The notes under the pieces are model-generated. The model made no database searches and was not told the DNA's origin. It worked only from the letters and a program-made list of their open reading frames with translations. The translations under genes and the position numbers were made by a program. Below are positions 12,020 through 27,814 of a stretch of 64,000 nt of DNA, piece after piece; the first letter of the stretch is position 1, and each line of letters begins with the position of its first letter. Source of the stretch: the human T2T-CHM13v2.0 reference genome, Homo sapiens; the NCBI RefSeq assembly GCF_009914755.1, contig NC_060925.1. One strand, written 5' to 3'.

Positions 12020-13650
12020 GTAGCCATCTGGTGCTAACATAGCCCTTAAGTTCACTGAGACACATTCTAACCACTGAGAACTCACCCTGGCAAACCTCCG
12101 CAGGTGAGACCAACCCACCCATTCCATACATTTCTTTGGCTCCATGGTACCCTCTGGGACCTCTTCTCCCTTCCCAAGCTAAACGTTGGTGTTCATTGCT
12201 CCCTGATTTTGTGTGTGTAAGGCTCTAAGAAGACCGAGGAGAACTAACAATGTGATTTCCTCCTGTGTCCCAGACTTCCTTATCTCTCTCACCAGGGCCT
12301 TCCTCACTTCCAGGGACAGTAACAGCTGTGTATTTGACATTTGAGCCATAATTTCTAACAGTAATAATTTTAGATTGCTTCTGCACCTCAGAAAGTGACA
12401 GGTTAAAAAATGAGACAACAAGGCAATTGCCCTTAATCTCAAAGGGACTCTAAAACATCGCTGATAGGTAGCGAAATGAAGTGAAACACATAAGAGAACT
12501 CCTTTCATGGAGAGTGATGTGGCTGGGAAGAACACTTGGAAAAATCAGGGCGAGCAATGGCACCTGCTCTAGGAGGTATGGATGGCCACTAAGTGCACTA
12601 AGTGCACTCTGTGCAGGACAAAGCCCAATCACTGTAGGGCTTGTTTGTTTGTTTGGGCTAAGCCTAGTGTTGGGAGATCCCTTTAGCTGAGCTCCACATG
12701 CAGGAGAAATGATAGCTTCCCCTGTGGCAGGGCTTTACCTTTCCCTCACACACCACACACTTTTCCTCCAAATAAATACTAAACAATAAGGAAAGAACAT
12801 TGGTTTGAAGGGGCTATTCTTGCTCCCACATCTTACACTGACCTTTCATTTTTGCATTTGTTTCCCCAAATTTTATGAATATCTTGTATTAAGATATTAT
12901 TTTGTTGCCCATTCAATCCAATTCAAATGTATACCACAGGTAATAAACTTCTTTTCCTGGGCTTATGTACCTGACCCAGTTTCCCTGCATCTAGTGGGTC
13001 CTTAGCCATCTTGTCTATAGCTTCACAATTTATTCCAAGAAAGTAAATTTATATTTACATGAAACATATTTACAACAAATTGGTGGCTGATTTGGGGTGA
13101 AAGCAGCACTTTTCAGCTCCTAAATTAAAGATACCAGAAGATTTTTCCTCCTCCTGATTTAATTCAGTTTTGTACTTTCCTCCCTTCCCTACTCCAAATA
13201 TGTTTATAGTTTTCCTGGCTCAACATAGCCTTAACCATATTTTGTCACTCATTGCAATAGGCTCATCAGGAAAGGGAAAAGGCACATGAGATCTGTTTTT
13301 CTCGTCTAACATATTAACAAAATTCTTCTTTATTTACTCCACATAATCAGGCTTTCCAGCCCAAGACTCTGCTAGATTTGTGGCAATAAGGTCATTGGTA
13401 GCCTCCTTCTTAATCAATTGAATATATGTTTTCAGTTGTCATCCACCTTGACTTCTCCAAGTTATTTATGAGTTATAATTTTATGCTTAAAATATTTTAA
13501 AATGAGCCATTATCATCACTGTGAAAATGATAAAAGTTAAAGTTCCCTATAGCACCCCCAGCACAATATAACTGTTAATTCATGATAATATCAAGTTCAT
13601 ATTCTTTCAGGCTTTTTTCCCCCACATATGCAAATATTTATGAACATCCA

Positions 13651-13653
<3 letters not shown>

Positions 13654-13684
<31 letters not shown>
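13654..13684. repeat. (CA)n microsatellite
   Basis: Seen directly. Confidence 0.95.
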
Positions 13685-13686
<2 letters not shown>

Positions 13687-13797
13687 CAAATATTCCTAAC
13701 CATATGGCAGCATATCATAGTATTGTTCTCTAAATAGCTCGTTTTGTGGTTGTTATTTAATGTATTCCACACATCTGTTCATGGTAGGACACCATAA

Positions 13798-13975
13798 CAG
13801 CACAGTCCAGCATAACTTTTACCAACAAAAGAAAATGTTTGATAGCTGAGCTATCCAATATGGTGGCCACTAGTCACATGTAGCTTTTTATCACTTGAAA
13901 TGTGGCTAGTATGACTGACTAAGTGAATTTTTAATTCTCTTTTATTTTAGTTAATTTAAATTTACACAGCCATAG
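13798..13975 (+). mobile_element. MER3 (hAT-Charlie) DNA transposon remnant
   Basis: tatccaatatggtggccactagtcacatgtagc...cacttgaaatgtggctagt...aatttaaattta resembles MER3. Confidence 0.75.
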
Positions 13976-15317
13976 CTCCATCCTATCCTTTCTAAAAAGC
14001 TGCTTGGAGTTCCACTGTCACTCTCTTTAATCTTTGCCTATCCAACTGGTATCTCAGTGGTCTCTTAAGGCAAATTCCTTTCATTTTAGTGACACACTCA
14101 TTTCTACTCGAAACATTTGCCTCATTTTCCATGATGGACTATTTTCTAAAACACCCACAATATTTCCTAGATTCCTAGTGGCAGTTCCCTAAGTGTGCCA
14201 AAATCCCCCAGCCTGTTAGTGTTACTTGTTATTTAAGCAAAATGATTCAAATCATCATTTGATACATGATGGAAATCCCAGGCTCACTCACCAAATTTCT
14301 AGCAAATATTATGTGTGCTTGTAAGGGGGATGGGAGGGCAGGAGAAGGCCTTGTATTTCTTCTAGTCATTACAAGCTAGTGGTTTTTCTTCCTCAGTCTG
14401 GAACTTACTCCTTGCACATACCTTTTTCTGCACTGTGCCATCATCCACTTCTCTTTACTTCCTAACTACCACCAACTGAAAATTATACATATAAAAGCTT
14501 TAAACAAAGTCTCTTGAGGCTCTCAAGGGAGTTTACATTACAGTATAGTTCAGCAAACAATTTTAAATCAAATAGTACACCTCTTTATTCTTAGAATTCC
14601 CTCTGCCAAAAAAGAAATCAGCTACTTTTTTTTAAATTCAAGGTCCAACTTTCTGTTGTGTTGCTGATTCTCTTCTCTCTTTTTCCAACGACTTCCACTT
14701 CTCTCTCTAGTTTACATGTCTCCAAACCTTAAGCCTCTGTTAATACTTTCACAATAAGTCAATTTTGCCAACGGTTTGCCTCCCCTAGACCATCTAGGCT
14801 GGGCCCAGAACACCTCATCTTCACTCCCACTGAAGTGTTCCTGAAGGTCAGCTCTCACTGACCTTGATTCTGCTCCCCTACACTGTCACCAGAAGCTATC
14901 CACCTATGGTTCTAATTCAGTAAGTCCAACTCTCTCACCCCCTTTTTTTGTCTCAGCTGTGTGGGCTTTCCCAGGATGGCATACAATGGGACCCCTGTGC
15001 CATGCATATTGTAAAGGAAAATGCCTCCCTCCATGCGCTACAAAACAGCACATTTATGATGGCACTTTGAAAAGATATGGGCTGTGGTGTCACATATTGA
15101 CAATTCCTTGGCCAGAGGCTTAACAGTGCCAGCAGTGCCAGAAGATTAAGAAGACAGCAAAAACAGAAAAGGGAGAAGATGGTGAAGTAGCTATATAACA
15201 CGAGCGAGAATGCTCCTGATTACAAAGCAGAGAAATTGACTTTTTTTCTTAGTGTTTTCTATAGTCATTGCTCTATCCCTGTTCTAGAATTCAAGTCATG
15301 ATAAGAATTTCTTCACG

Positions 15318-15340
15318 TTGACTTCCTGCATTGCTTTCAG
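15318..15340 (+). other. Splice acceptor 16 nt upstream of the OR start codon
   Basis: ttgacttcctgcattgctttcag| matches the usual OR layout of non-coding 5' exon(s) spliced to a single coding exon. Confidence 0.6.
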
Positions 15341-15356
15341 ACATTGCAATTAAAGA

Positions 15357-16286
15357 ATGCAAAGAAAGAACCTCACAGAGGTAACAGAGTTTGTTTTCCT
15401 GGGATTCTCCAGATTCCACAAACATCACATCACTCTCTTTGTGGTTTTTCTCATCCTGTACACATTAACTGTGGCTGGCAATGCCATCATCATGACCATC
15501 ATCTGCATTGACCGTCACCTCCACACTCCCATGTACTTCTTCCTGAGCATGCTGGCTAGCTCAAAGACAGTGTACACACTGTTCATCATTCCACAGATGC
15601 TCTCCAGCTTCGTAACCCAGACCCAGCCAATCTCCCTAGCAGGTTGTACCACCCAAACGTTCTTCTTTGTTACCTTGGCAATCAACAATTGCTTCTTGCT
15701 CACAGTGATGGGCTATGACCACTATATGGCCATCTGCAATCCCTTGAGATACAGGGTCATTACGAGCAAGAAGGTGTGTGTCCAGCTGGTGTGTGGAGCC
15801 TTTAGCATTGGCCTGGCCATGGCAGCTGTCCAGGTAACATCCATATTTACCTTACCTTTTTGTCACACGGTGGTTGGTCATTTCTTCTGTGACATCCTCC
15901 CTGTCATGAAACTCTCCTGTATTAATACCACTATCAATGAGATAATCAATTTTGTTGTCAGGTTATTTGTCATCCTGGTCCCCATGGGTCTGGTCTTCAT
16001 CTCCTATGTCCTCATCATCTCCACTGTCCTCAAGATTGCCTCAGCTGAGGGTTGGAAGAAGACCTTTGCCACCTGTGCCTTCCACCTCACTGTGGTCATT
16101 GTCCATTATGGCTGTGCTTCCATTGCCTACCTCATGCCCAAGTCAGAAAACTCTATAGAACAAGACCTCCTTCTCTCAGTGACCTAAACCATCATCACTC
16201 CCCTGCTGAACCCTGTTGTTTACAGCCTAAAGAACAAGGAGGTCAAGGATGCCCTATGCAGGGCCATGGGCAGAAACATTTCTTAA
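15357..16286 (+). pseudogene. OR10J6P: Olfactory receptor family 10J pseudogene; 309-codon frame with one in-frame TAA at codon 277
   Basis: OR motifs LHTPMYFFL, MGYDHYMAICNPLRY, HFFCD and KTFATCAFHL are present. After TAA (16185-16187) the same frame continues TIITPLLNPVVYSLKNKEVKDALCRAMGRNIS* to 16286. The symbol is inferred from family features and position ~10 kb downstream of APCS. Confidence 0.9.
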
Positions 16287-18839
16287 TGCATTATTCCTCT
16301 ATATAAATATACATTTAGTCATAGAAATGTGTGTCCTTACTTACATTAAACAACCTTACGACTCTGTCCCATGCAGTCTATGCTGCAATGGGATGTGCAT
16401 GTCTTGCTTTGGTATATTTACTACAAAATCTTAGTCTCTGTTTCCATATATTTCAAAGTTTTGTCCAGGCATTTTCAACTAGGGATGTGAGAGGTCAAGG
16501 AGAATGGGCATGATTTTTAGGAAAGAGCATCCAAATTTCTAGGATGAAGAAAGGGACTTTTAAAAGTATATTAAATATGATTATATTGTGTTTAAAAAAT
16601 AAAAAGCAATGTGTCTCATTTTTGTAATGCAATCTACAGAAAATAAAACTACAAAATCATCGCAGCAAGGTAAGGATAGTCAATAATGATGGATTCCCTT
16701 GAAAGAAAATAGTATCAGAATTGTCAGGGAAAAGTGAGATGAGCGTATTAAATTTAAAAAAAAAATAGGAAAGTTGGAAAACACTGGCTTAGTCCTTGAA
16801 AATTTAGTCTTTATTATTCAATTTATGCTAAAGCCTTTGCTTTTATCCAGTGTAGTCGTCAGATGCTGGCCATGGCCACAGATCATACTTAACTCTCACC
16901 TTTCTAATCTAAATTCCCTAATTGAATTCTTTCTGGCTGCTGGTTCTCTCCATGGGATCAACTTCTCTCTAATCATTATGAAGAAAAATTGAGTTGGTCA
17001 AGAAGATCTGTGCCCTGTTAGAATAAGAACCATAAAAGCTTTCCTCATTTGCACATACCATGGCACCTCCTGGTAGCATAAAGAAACAAAAGTAGAACAA
17101 AACAAACAGTCCCAGCAGTCAGGAGTAGTTCAGAAGTATAATTGTAGAATCACTCAATTCACCAAAAAAGGCTAACAAGAAAAAAAAATATTTTTCCTTA
17201 GTAGACTCCTTTGAGAAAAATATCCTTTTTCCCAGGGCTTTCTGGGAACTTTTTTGGTTTCATGCCTATACATACCTTCTATGTGGTTATCTTGGGTGAT
17301 GGGTGATGGTAGGGAGGGTTTAAGACTTTTGTTGAGTGCTTCCTTCTACTAAAATATTTTTTGTCAAGAATACTTCTCTGCTCATTCCCTAATGCCATTT
17401 TTCTTTTTTTCAAGACAGTCATTTTTTTCTTTTCCCTCCACTGAGAAAGAATCGATAACATCCTAAGGAGCTCATCTCAGGTAAAGAATATCTTTACAGA
17501 TTTCTGAATTCTAGATTGGGGAGACCATTGTTCTTTCAAGGTCTGACCAGTTCTTTCTAATTCCTGTCTTGTGTCTTTGCAATTTCTACATCATAGAAAC
17601 AAGGCTTCCTACAGAAGCTGTTGGAGGCTCAAAGGTTGGGTCCAAGAGTCTTGGACATGCTATGAGGTCTTTCTTGACAGCACTCTCAGGGTCATCCCAC
17701 TACAGATCTAAACCTCTATGCCCAACAAGAGTGAGGCAGATTCCCTCCAGAATGAGAGTGTCTCTCCTGACAGTATGAAAGAACCCCTCCCACTGCCATC
17801 AAGGCCACCTGTACTGCCAACTCTTAATTATAACCTGCCCTTCTCAATTCTCTCTGGCTAGCAACTACTTGTACATCCTCATACCTGTCTTTTTGTGTGT
17901 AGAAGGGAAGAGATGAGACAGAGAGGGCTGTTCTGAGCAGGAAAGTACAATGATGGAAGTTGGGTGGTGATCAAACCTGTTCTATCCTGCTCCAGTGGCA
18001 GTGGCCAACTCCCACTGCCCATTACTCTCCTTTCTACTTCTGCACACAGCCACTCTCCTTCATTAGTTCATGAATCAAAGACAAAGGTTTCTCCAGTATT
18101 GTCTCTACATCTAAATGCTGCAACAGCAGACATACCACACGCCACTTGTGCAATCAAAAGTTAAATGTCACAGCGGGGCCCACAAAGAGCTGGCAGAAAA
18201 TATGAGTCATAAATCTTGAAGGTGAAATATCTTTGTCTCTAACTCTGTTACCCACAATGGTTCAATCATATGTCCAGTTTTTTTTAAATAAACATGTGTG
18301 CTTCTAATTTCTTCTTCACAATAAGATGTTGTCTTACATGGTGGATAGAATAGAGGTCCCAGAGTCAGATGGGTGCTGAGTTCACTTCCTCACTCAGCAC
18401 CCATCAGAACCTTTTTATGAATATAATGTTTTTAATTCTGCCTCGCTTGTCATCAAAAGCATTTTTTAATCTCCTTACCCATTTGTTTTGCACAGGCTGG
18501 TATCCAGTGACAAACCCTACTTCACATTGTTTTCTGCAGTATCATTTACCTCACTCCCACCCAGCAGTTAGTTGTTCTCTCTTAAGTGTTCCTAAAGTTA
18601 TTTTTGGGAAATTACATGAGTTTAACATTTTTTTCATTGTGCTTTTCTTGCTTGTTTCTGTCACTGGATCACAGGCATATTGGGATCAGGAACTGCTTTC
18701 CTCATTATGATACCCCTGCATGGAACAGCACCTGGAGAGTAGGTGTTCAATAAATCCTCACTTAGAGGTTGAGTACCTACTATGTACAAGCACCATGCTT
18801 GGACTTCTCAGCGTGTCTTGCTGAACTAGACACATCTGC

Positions 18840-19659
18840 TGTCTTTGTTTGTTCAAGCTGCTTTAACAAAAGACCAGAGAGTGGGTAATTTATAAAGAAC
18901 AGAAATTTCGAGCTTACAGTCCTGGGGTCTGGGAGGTTAATGACCAAGGCACTAACAGGTTCAGTGTTTGGTGAGGGCATAGTCTCTACTTCCAAGATGG
19001 CACCTTGTTGCTGCATTCTCCAGAGGGGATGAACACTGCTTCTCATATGGGAAGAGATGGAAGGGCAAAAATGGACCTATCTAGTTACTCCCATCCCTTT
19101 TATAAGGTCACTAACCCATTTATAAAGTTATATGGTTTGGAAGTCCCACCCAAATCTCATATTGAAATGTAATCCCCAGTGTTGGAGGTGGGGCCTGGTG
19201 GGTGGTGACTGGATTATGGGGATGGTTTTCTCATGAATGGTTTAGTACCATCCTCTTGGTACTGTCCTTGAGATAGTGAGTTCTCACGAGATCTGGTCCT
19301 TTAAAAGCGTATGGCACCTCCCGCCTCACTGTCTTGCTCCTGCTCCCACCATGTGAGACGCCTGCTCCCCCGTGAACTCCCACCATGACTGTAAGCTTCC
19401 TGAGGCCTACCCAGAAATAGATGCCCGTGTTATGCTTCCTGTACAGTGTGCAGAACCATGAGCTAATTAAACATCTTTTCTTTATAAATTACTCAGTCTC
19501 CAGTGTTTCTTTATAGCAATGCAAGAACAGACTAATACATAAGGGCTCTGCCTTCATGACTTAATCACCTCCTAAATGTCCCACTTCTTAATGATATCAC
19601 GTTGGGGTTTAAGTTTCAACATGAATTTTCGAGGGGACACAAACATTCAAACCAAAGCA
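18840..19659 (-). mobile_element. MaLR LTR (MSTD/MLT1A-type) split by a younger LTR
   Basis: The halves 18840-19127 and 19540-19659 join seamlessly. TSD tctgc/cctgc. Confidence 0.8.
19128..19539 (+). mobile_element. MSTA/MSTB-type solo LTR nested in the older MaLR LTR
   Basis: t(t)atatggtttgg...gaacagactaataca; TSD taaag/taagg. Confidence 0.85.
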
Positions 19660-20427
19660 CCTGCTATCCTTTTTCTGTGTCCTTTGCAGGGGGCCCTCCC
19701 CTAAATACAAACACAGAGTCATAAGCTCGTCCACTGTGGCAGAGTCACTTGGGTCTGCCTGTTCTTCCTCTTTCCCTGGCCTTTCTATGAGCCAATTCTC
19801 AGTTGCTTTAAGACCTCTCTCAGCCCCAATGTTAACTTAGTTATTTGCATTGATTAATCGCTTAGCAACACAGAAGCAGAAACAGTCAAGATTTTCACAA
19901 AAGGGCGTAGAGTTACCAAGAAAATCATTCTTACTCATATGAGGATGTAACCTTTGAAATGTATTTAAAGAGAAACAAGTTTCTAAACAGAGAGTGATGT
20001 GCCATATACAATTAAAAATCAGGACATCTTCTAATTATACTTTTGGCACATGACAAACAAATTTATTATGAGGCTAGAAAATCATCCCACAATTTTACAT
20101 TTTGAATTATAATGGAACAAAAGCTTAGCTTCCTTTGTTGCTGGAGACCAAATCCTCAAGTTTCTGACCTCCTAATTTCCCAACTCCTATTTATTCTGCA
20201 ATGAAGACAGTGACTAGATGAGATAACAGACATGAAAATACCAACCACCTGCAATAAAAAGCCTTACTGAGGGAAGCAACTAGCTCTGGGAAATGACAGA
20301 GGAGAGAAGGAAACAAGGAGATGACTCTGAGGGTAGATACCAGATGAATATCACTTTTCAGAAACTCATTTCTGAAGGAAACAGGAATTCCAAAGCAGCA
20401 AAGCAATGTGACATAAAGCAGAAGACA

Positions 20428-20780
20428 ATTACCACTTATTAAGGGTTTACTGCAGAGCAGATATCATGTGAAATGGTAGTTGCGTACGTTATTTCACTTA
20501 AAACTTCAATTTTATAGTACTTGGCACTTCACAAGAGTCTTCAAATATAATGTCCTATTTGATCCTTATAGTAACCTTATGAAATATGCATTTTTATTGT
20601 TTTATTGTTTCATTGTTATAAAATGTTCATTGTTTCTACCATTAACTTTTTAGGTTCATGGTGGAAACATTACCTGACTTGCTTCAAGTCACACAGTTGG
20701 TAACTGACAGAACTAGAACCGATACCAACATTCACCAACCAACTTCAAAAGGTATGTGTTTTCCACTACGTCACCACCAT
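20428..20780 (-). mobile_element. MIR fragments
   Basis: cacttattaagggtttact...; tatttgatccttatagtaaccttatga...; tcaagtcacacagttggtaactgacagaactagaacc. Confidence 0.55.
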
Positions 20781-21840
20781 CTCTCATCTTTAATCTTTTT
20801 GAAAGATAGAATATGCTTCCCGAAGATGGCCCAATAGGAACAGCCCCGGTCTACAGCTCCCATTGTGAGTGATGCAGAAGATGGGTGATTTCTGCATTTC
20901 CATCTGAGGTACTGGGTTCATCTCACTAGGGAGTGACAGACAGTGGGCGCAGGACAGTGGGTGCAGTGCACCATGCATGAACTGAAGCAGGGTGAGGCAT
21001 TGCCTCACTCGGGGAGTGCAAGGGGTCAGGGAGTTCCCTTTTCTACTCAAAGAAAGGGGTGACAGACGACACCTCGAAAATCGGGTCACTCCCACCCTAA
21101 GCTTTTCAGAAGGGCTTAAAAAATGGTGCACCTGGCAATTATATCCCGCACCTGGCTTGGAGGGTCCTACACCCACGGAGTTTCACTGATTGCTAGCACA
21201 GCAGTCTGAGATCAAACTGCAAGGCGGCAGTGAGGCCGGGGGAGGGGCGCCCACCATTGCCCAGGCTTGCTTAGGTAAACAAAGCAGCCAGGAAGCTCGA
21301 ACTGGGTGGAGCCCACCACAGCACAAACAGGCCTGCCTGCCTCTATGGGCTCCACCTCTGGGGGCAGGGCACAGACAAACAAAAAGATAGCAGTAACCTC
21401 TGCAGACTTCAATCTCCCTGTCTGACAGCTTTGAAGAGAGCAGTGGTTCTCCCAGCATGCAGCTGGAGATCTGAGAACAGGCAGACTGCCTCCTCAAGTG
21501 GGTCCCTGACCCTTAACCCCTGAGCAGCTTAACTGGGAGGCACCCCCCAGTAGGGGCAGACTTACACTTCACACAGCCGGGTACTCCTCTGAGACAAAAC
21601 TTCCAGAGGAACGATCAGACAGCAGCATTCGTGGTTCATGAAAATTCACTGTTCTGCAGCCACCGCTGCTGATACCCAGGCAAACAGGGTCTGGAGTGGA
21701 CCTATAGCAAACTCCAACAGACCTGCAGCTGAGGGTCCTGTCTGTTAGAAGGAAAACTAACAAACAGAAAGGACATCCACACCAAAAACCCACCTGTACA
21801 TCACCATTATCAAAGACCAAAAGTAGAAAAAACCACAAAG

Positions 21841-22855
21841 ATGGGGAAAAAACAGAGCAGAAAAACTGGAAACTCTAAAAAGCAGAGCGCCTCTCCTCCT
21901 CCAAAGGAATGCAGTTCCTCACCAGCAAGGGAACAAAGCTGGATGGAGAATGACTTTGACGAGTTGAGAGAAGAGGCTTCAGACAATCAGACAACTCTGA
22001 GCTACAGGAGGAAATTCAAACCAAAGGCAAAGAAGTTGAAAACTTTGAAAAAAATTTAGACGAATGTATAACTAGAATAACCAATACAGAGAAGTGCTTA
22101 AAGGAGCTGATGGAGCTGAAAGCCAATGCTCGAGAACTACATGAGGAATGCAGAAGCCTCAGGAGCCGATGCGATCAACTGGAAGAAAGGGTATCAGCGA
22201 TGGAAGATGAAATGAATGAAATGAAGCAAGAAGGGAAGTTTAGAGAAAAAAGAATTAAAAGAAACAAACAAAGCCTCCAAGAAATATGGGACTATGTGAA
22301 AAGACCAAATCTATGTCTGATTGGTGTACCTGAAAGTGACGGGGAGAATGGAACCAAGTTGGAAAACACTCTGCAGGATATTATCCAGGAGAACTTCCCC
22401 AATCTAACAAGGCAGGCCAACATTCAGATTCAGGAAATACAGAGAACGCCACAAAGATACTCCTCGAGAGAGCAACTCCAAGACACATAATTGTGAGATT
22501 CACCAAAGTTGAAATGAAGGAAAAAATGTTAAGGGCAGCCAGAGAGAAAGGTCGGGTTACCCTCAAAGGGAAGCCCATCAGACTAACAGCGGATCTCTCT
22601 GCAGAAACCCTACAAGCCAGAAGAGAGTGGCGGCCAATATTCAACATTCTTAAAGAAAAGAATTTTCAACCCAGAATTTCATATCCAGCCAAACTAAACT
22701 TCATTAGTGAAGAAGAAATAGAATACTTTACAGACAAGCAAATGCTGAGAGACTTTGTCACCACCAGGCCTGCCCTAAAAGAGCTCCCGAAGGAAGCACT
22801 AAACATGGAAAGGCACAACCGGTACCAGCCACTGCAAAATCATGCCAAATTGTAA
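21841..22855 (+). pseudogene. L1 ORF1p, broken by two frameshifts
   Basis: MGKKQSRKTGNSK... is split over three ORFs (21841, 22110, 22493) by 1-nt deletions near 21975 and 22470. Confidence 0.9.
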
Positions 22856-22918
22856 AGGCCATCGAGGCTAGGAAGAAACTGCATCAACTAATGAGCAAAA
22901 TAACCAGCTAATCTCATA

Positions 22919-26747
<3,829 letters not shown>

Positions 26748-27519
26748 ACAATGAGAACACATGGACACAGGAAGGGGAACATCACACTCTGGGGACTGTT
26801 ACGGAGTGGGGGGAGGGTGGAGGGATAGCATTAGGAGATATACCTAATGCTAAATAACGAGTTAATGGGTGCAGCACACCAGCATGGCACAAGTATACAT
26901 ATGTAACTAATCTGCACATTGTGCACATGTACCCTAAAACTTAAAGTATAATAATAATAAAATAAAATAAAATAAAAAAGAATATGCTTCCCAACTTTTA
27001 GTCACTCTGGTCTCATCATGGACATCACTTCCACCAAAAAGTCTTCCCTAAATAATTTATTAGATGTTCCTTTCATAAGCACCCACACCATTCTAAGATT
27101 GTCTCCTCCCTGGCCATGTATCAAAATTGCTCATTTCCTAGTCTGCCTCCCTCACCACACAGTCAACCCCTCAACAGAACTGCTTTCTGTATCCTCAATG
27201 CTAGGACAGTTCTTGGCATAAGATACACCTCCATAAGTTACTTATGTACAAAATTGAAATGTACACATCTGTAGCTTCTTCTTGATGGTTGAGTATACCG
27301 ACAATGACCATCCATTGTTCTCCAGTGCTGTGAGGCATCCAGGTTCTCAGGATGATGGGGTTTTCCCTTGCTTTGAAGAGCTCATGGTATCCTTTCTTAT
27401 CTGCTATTTCCAAATTGTGAGAGAGGAGAAAAAGCAGATGAACAGTATATACAATTGCCTGTAAAGTAGCACCCTTGGGTATAGCACTGCCTAGAGATGA
27501 AGGATTTCCAATCAGATTT

Positions 27520-27740
27520 TCTAATTTTGCCTCTGCCACTCACTAGATGTTCTAACCTCTTTATGCATCTATTTCCAGATTTTTTAATGGGGTAGTGATA
27601 GCACCTAAAAAGGTAGGTATCATTATTCCCATTCTTATACATGGAGTTTGGCAGAGTTAAGTAAACTGCCAGGTAGTTTGAAGTAGCAAAGCTGTCTGCC
27701 TGATGTCAAATTCTGTACTCCACACTCCCACTATTTGACA
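27520..27740. mobile_element. Two adjacent MIR fragments in opposite orientation
   Basis: A plus-strand MIR core (ctctgccactcactag...aatggggtagtgatagcaccta) abuts a minus-strand core (aggtaggtatcattattcccatt...). Confidence 0.55.
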
Positions 27741-27814
27741 GGACTCATCAAAAACAGATAGATAATAAATCTCCACATGAATATTTGGGTCTATACAAAA
27801 ATCTACATACTGTC

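Noticed and set aside
27520-27740. Inverted MIR pair as a miRNA-type hairpin
   Set aside because: The arms are too diverged to show a convincing stem by eye.
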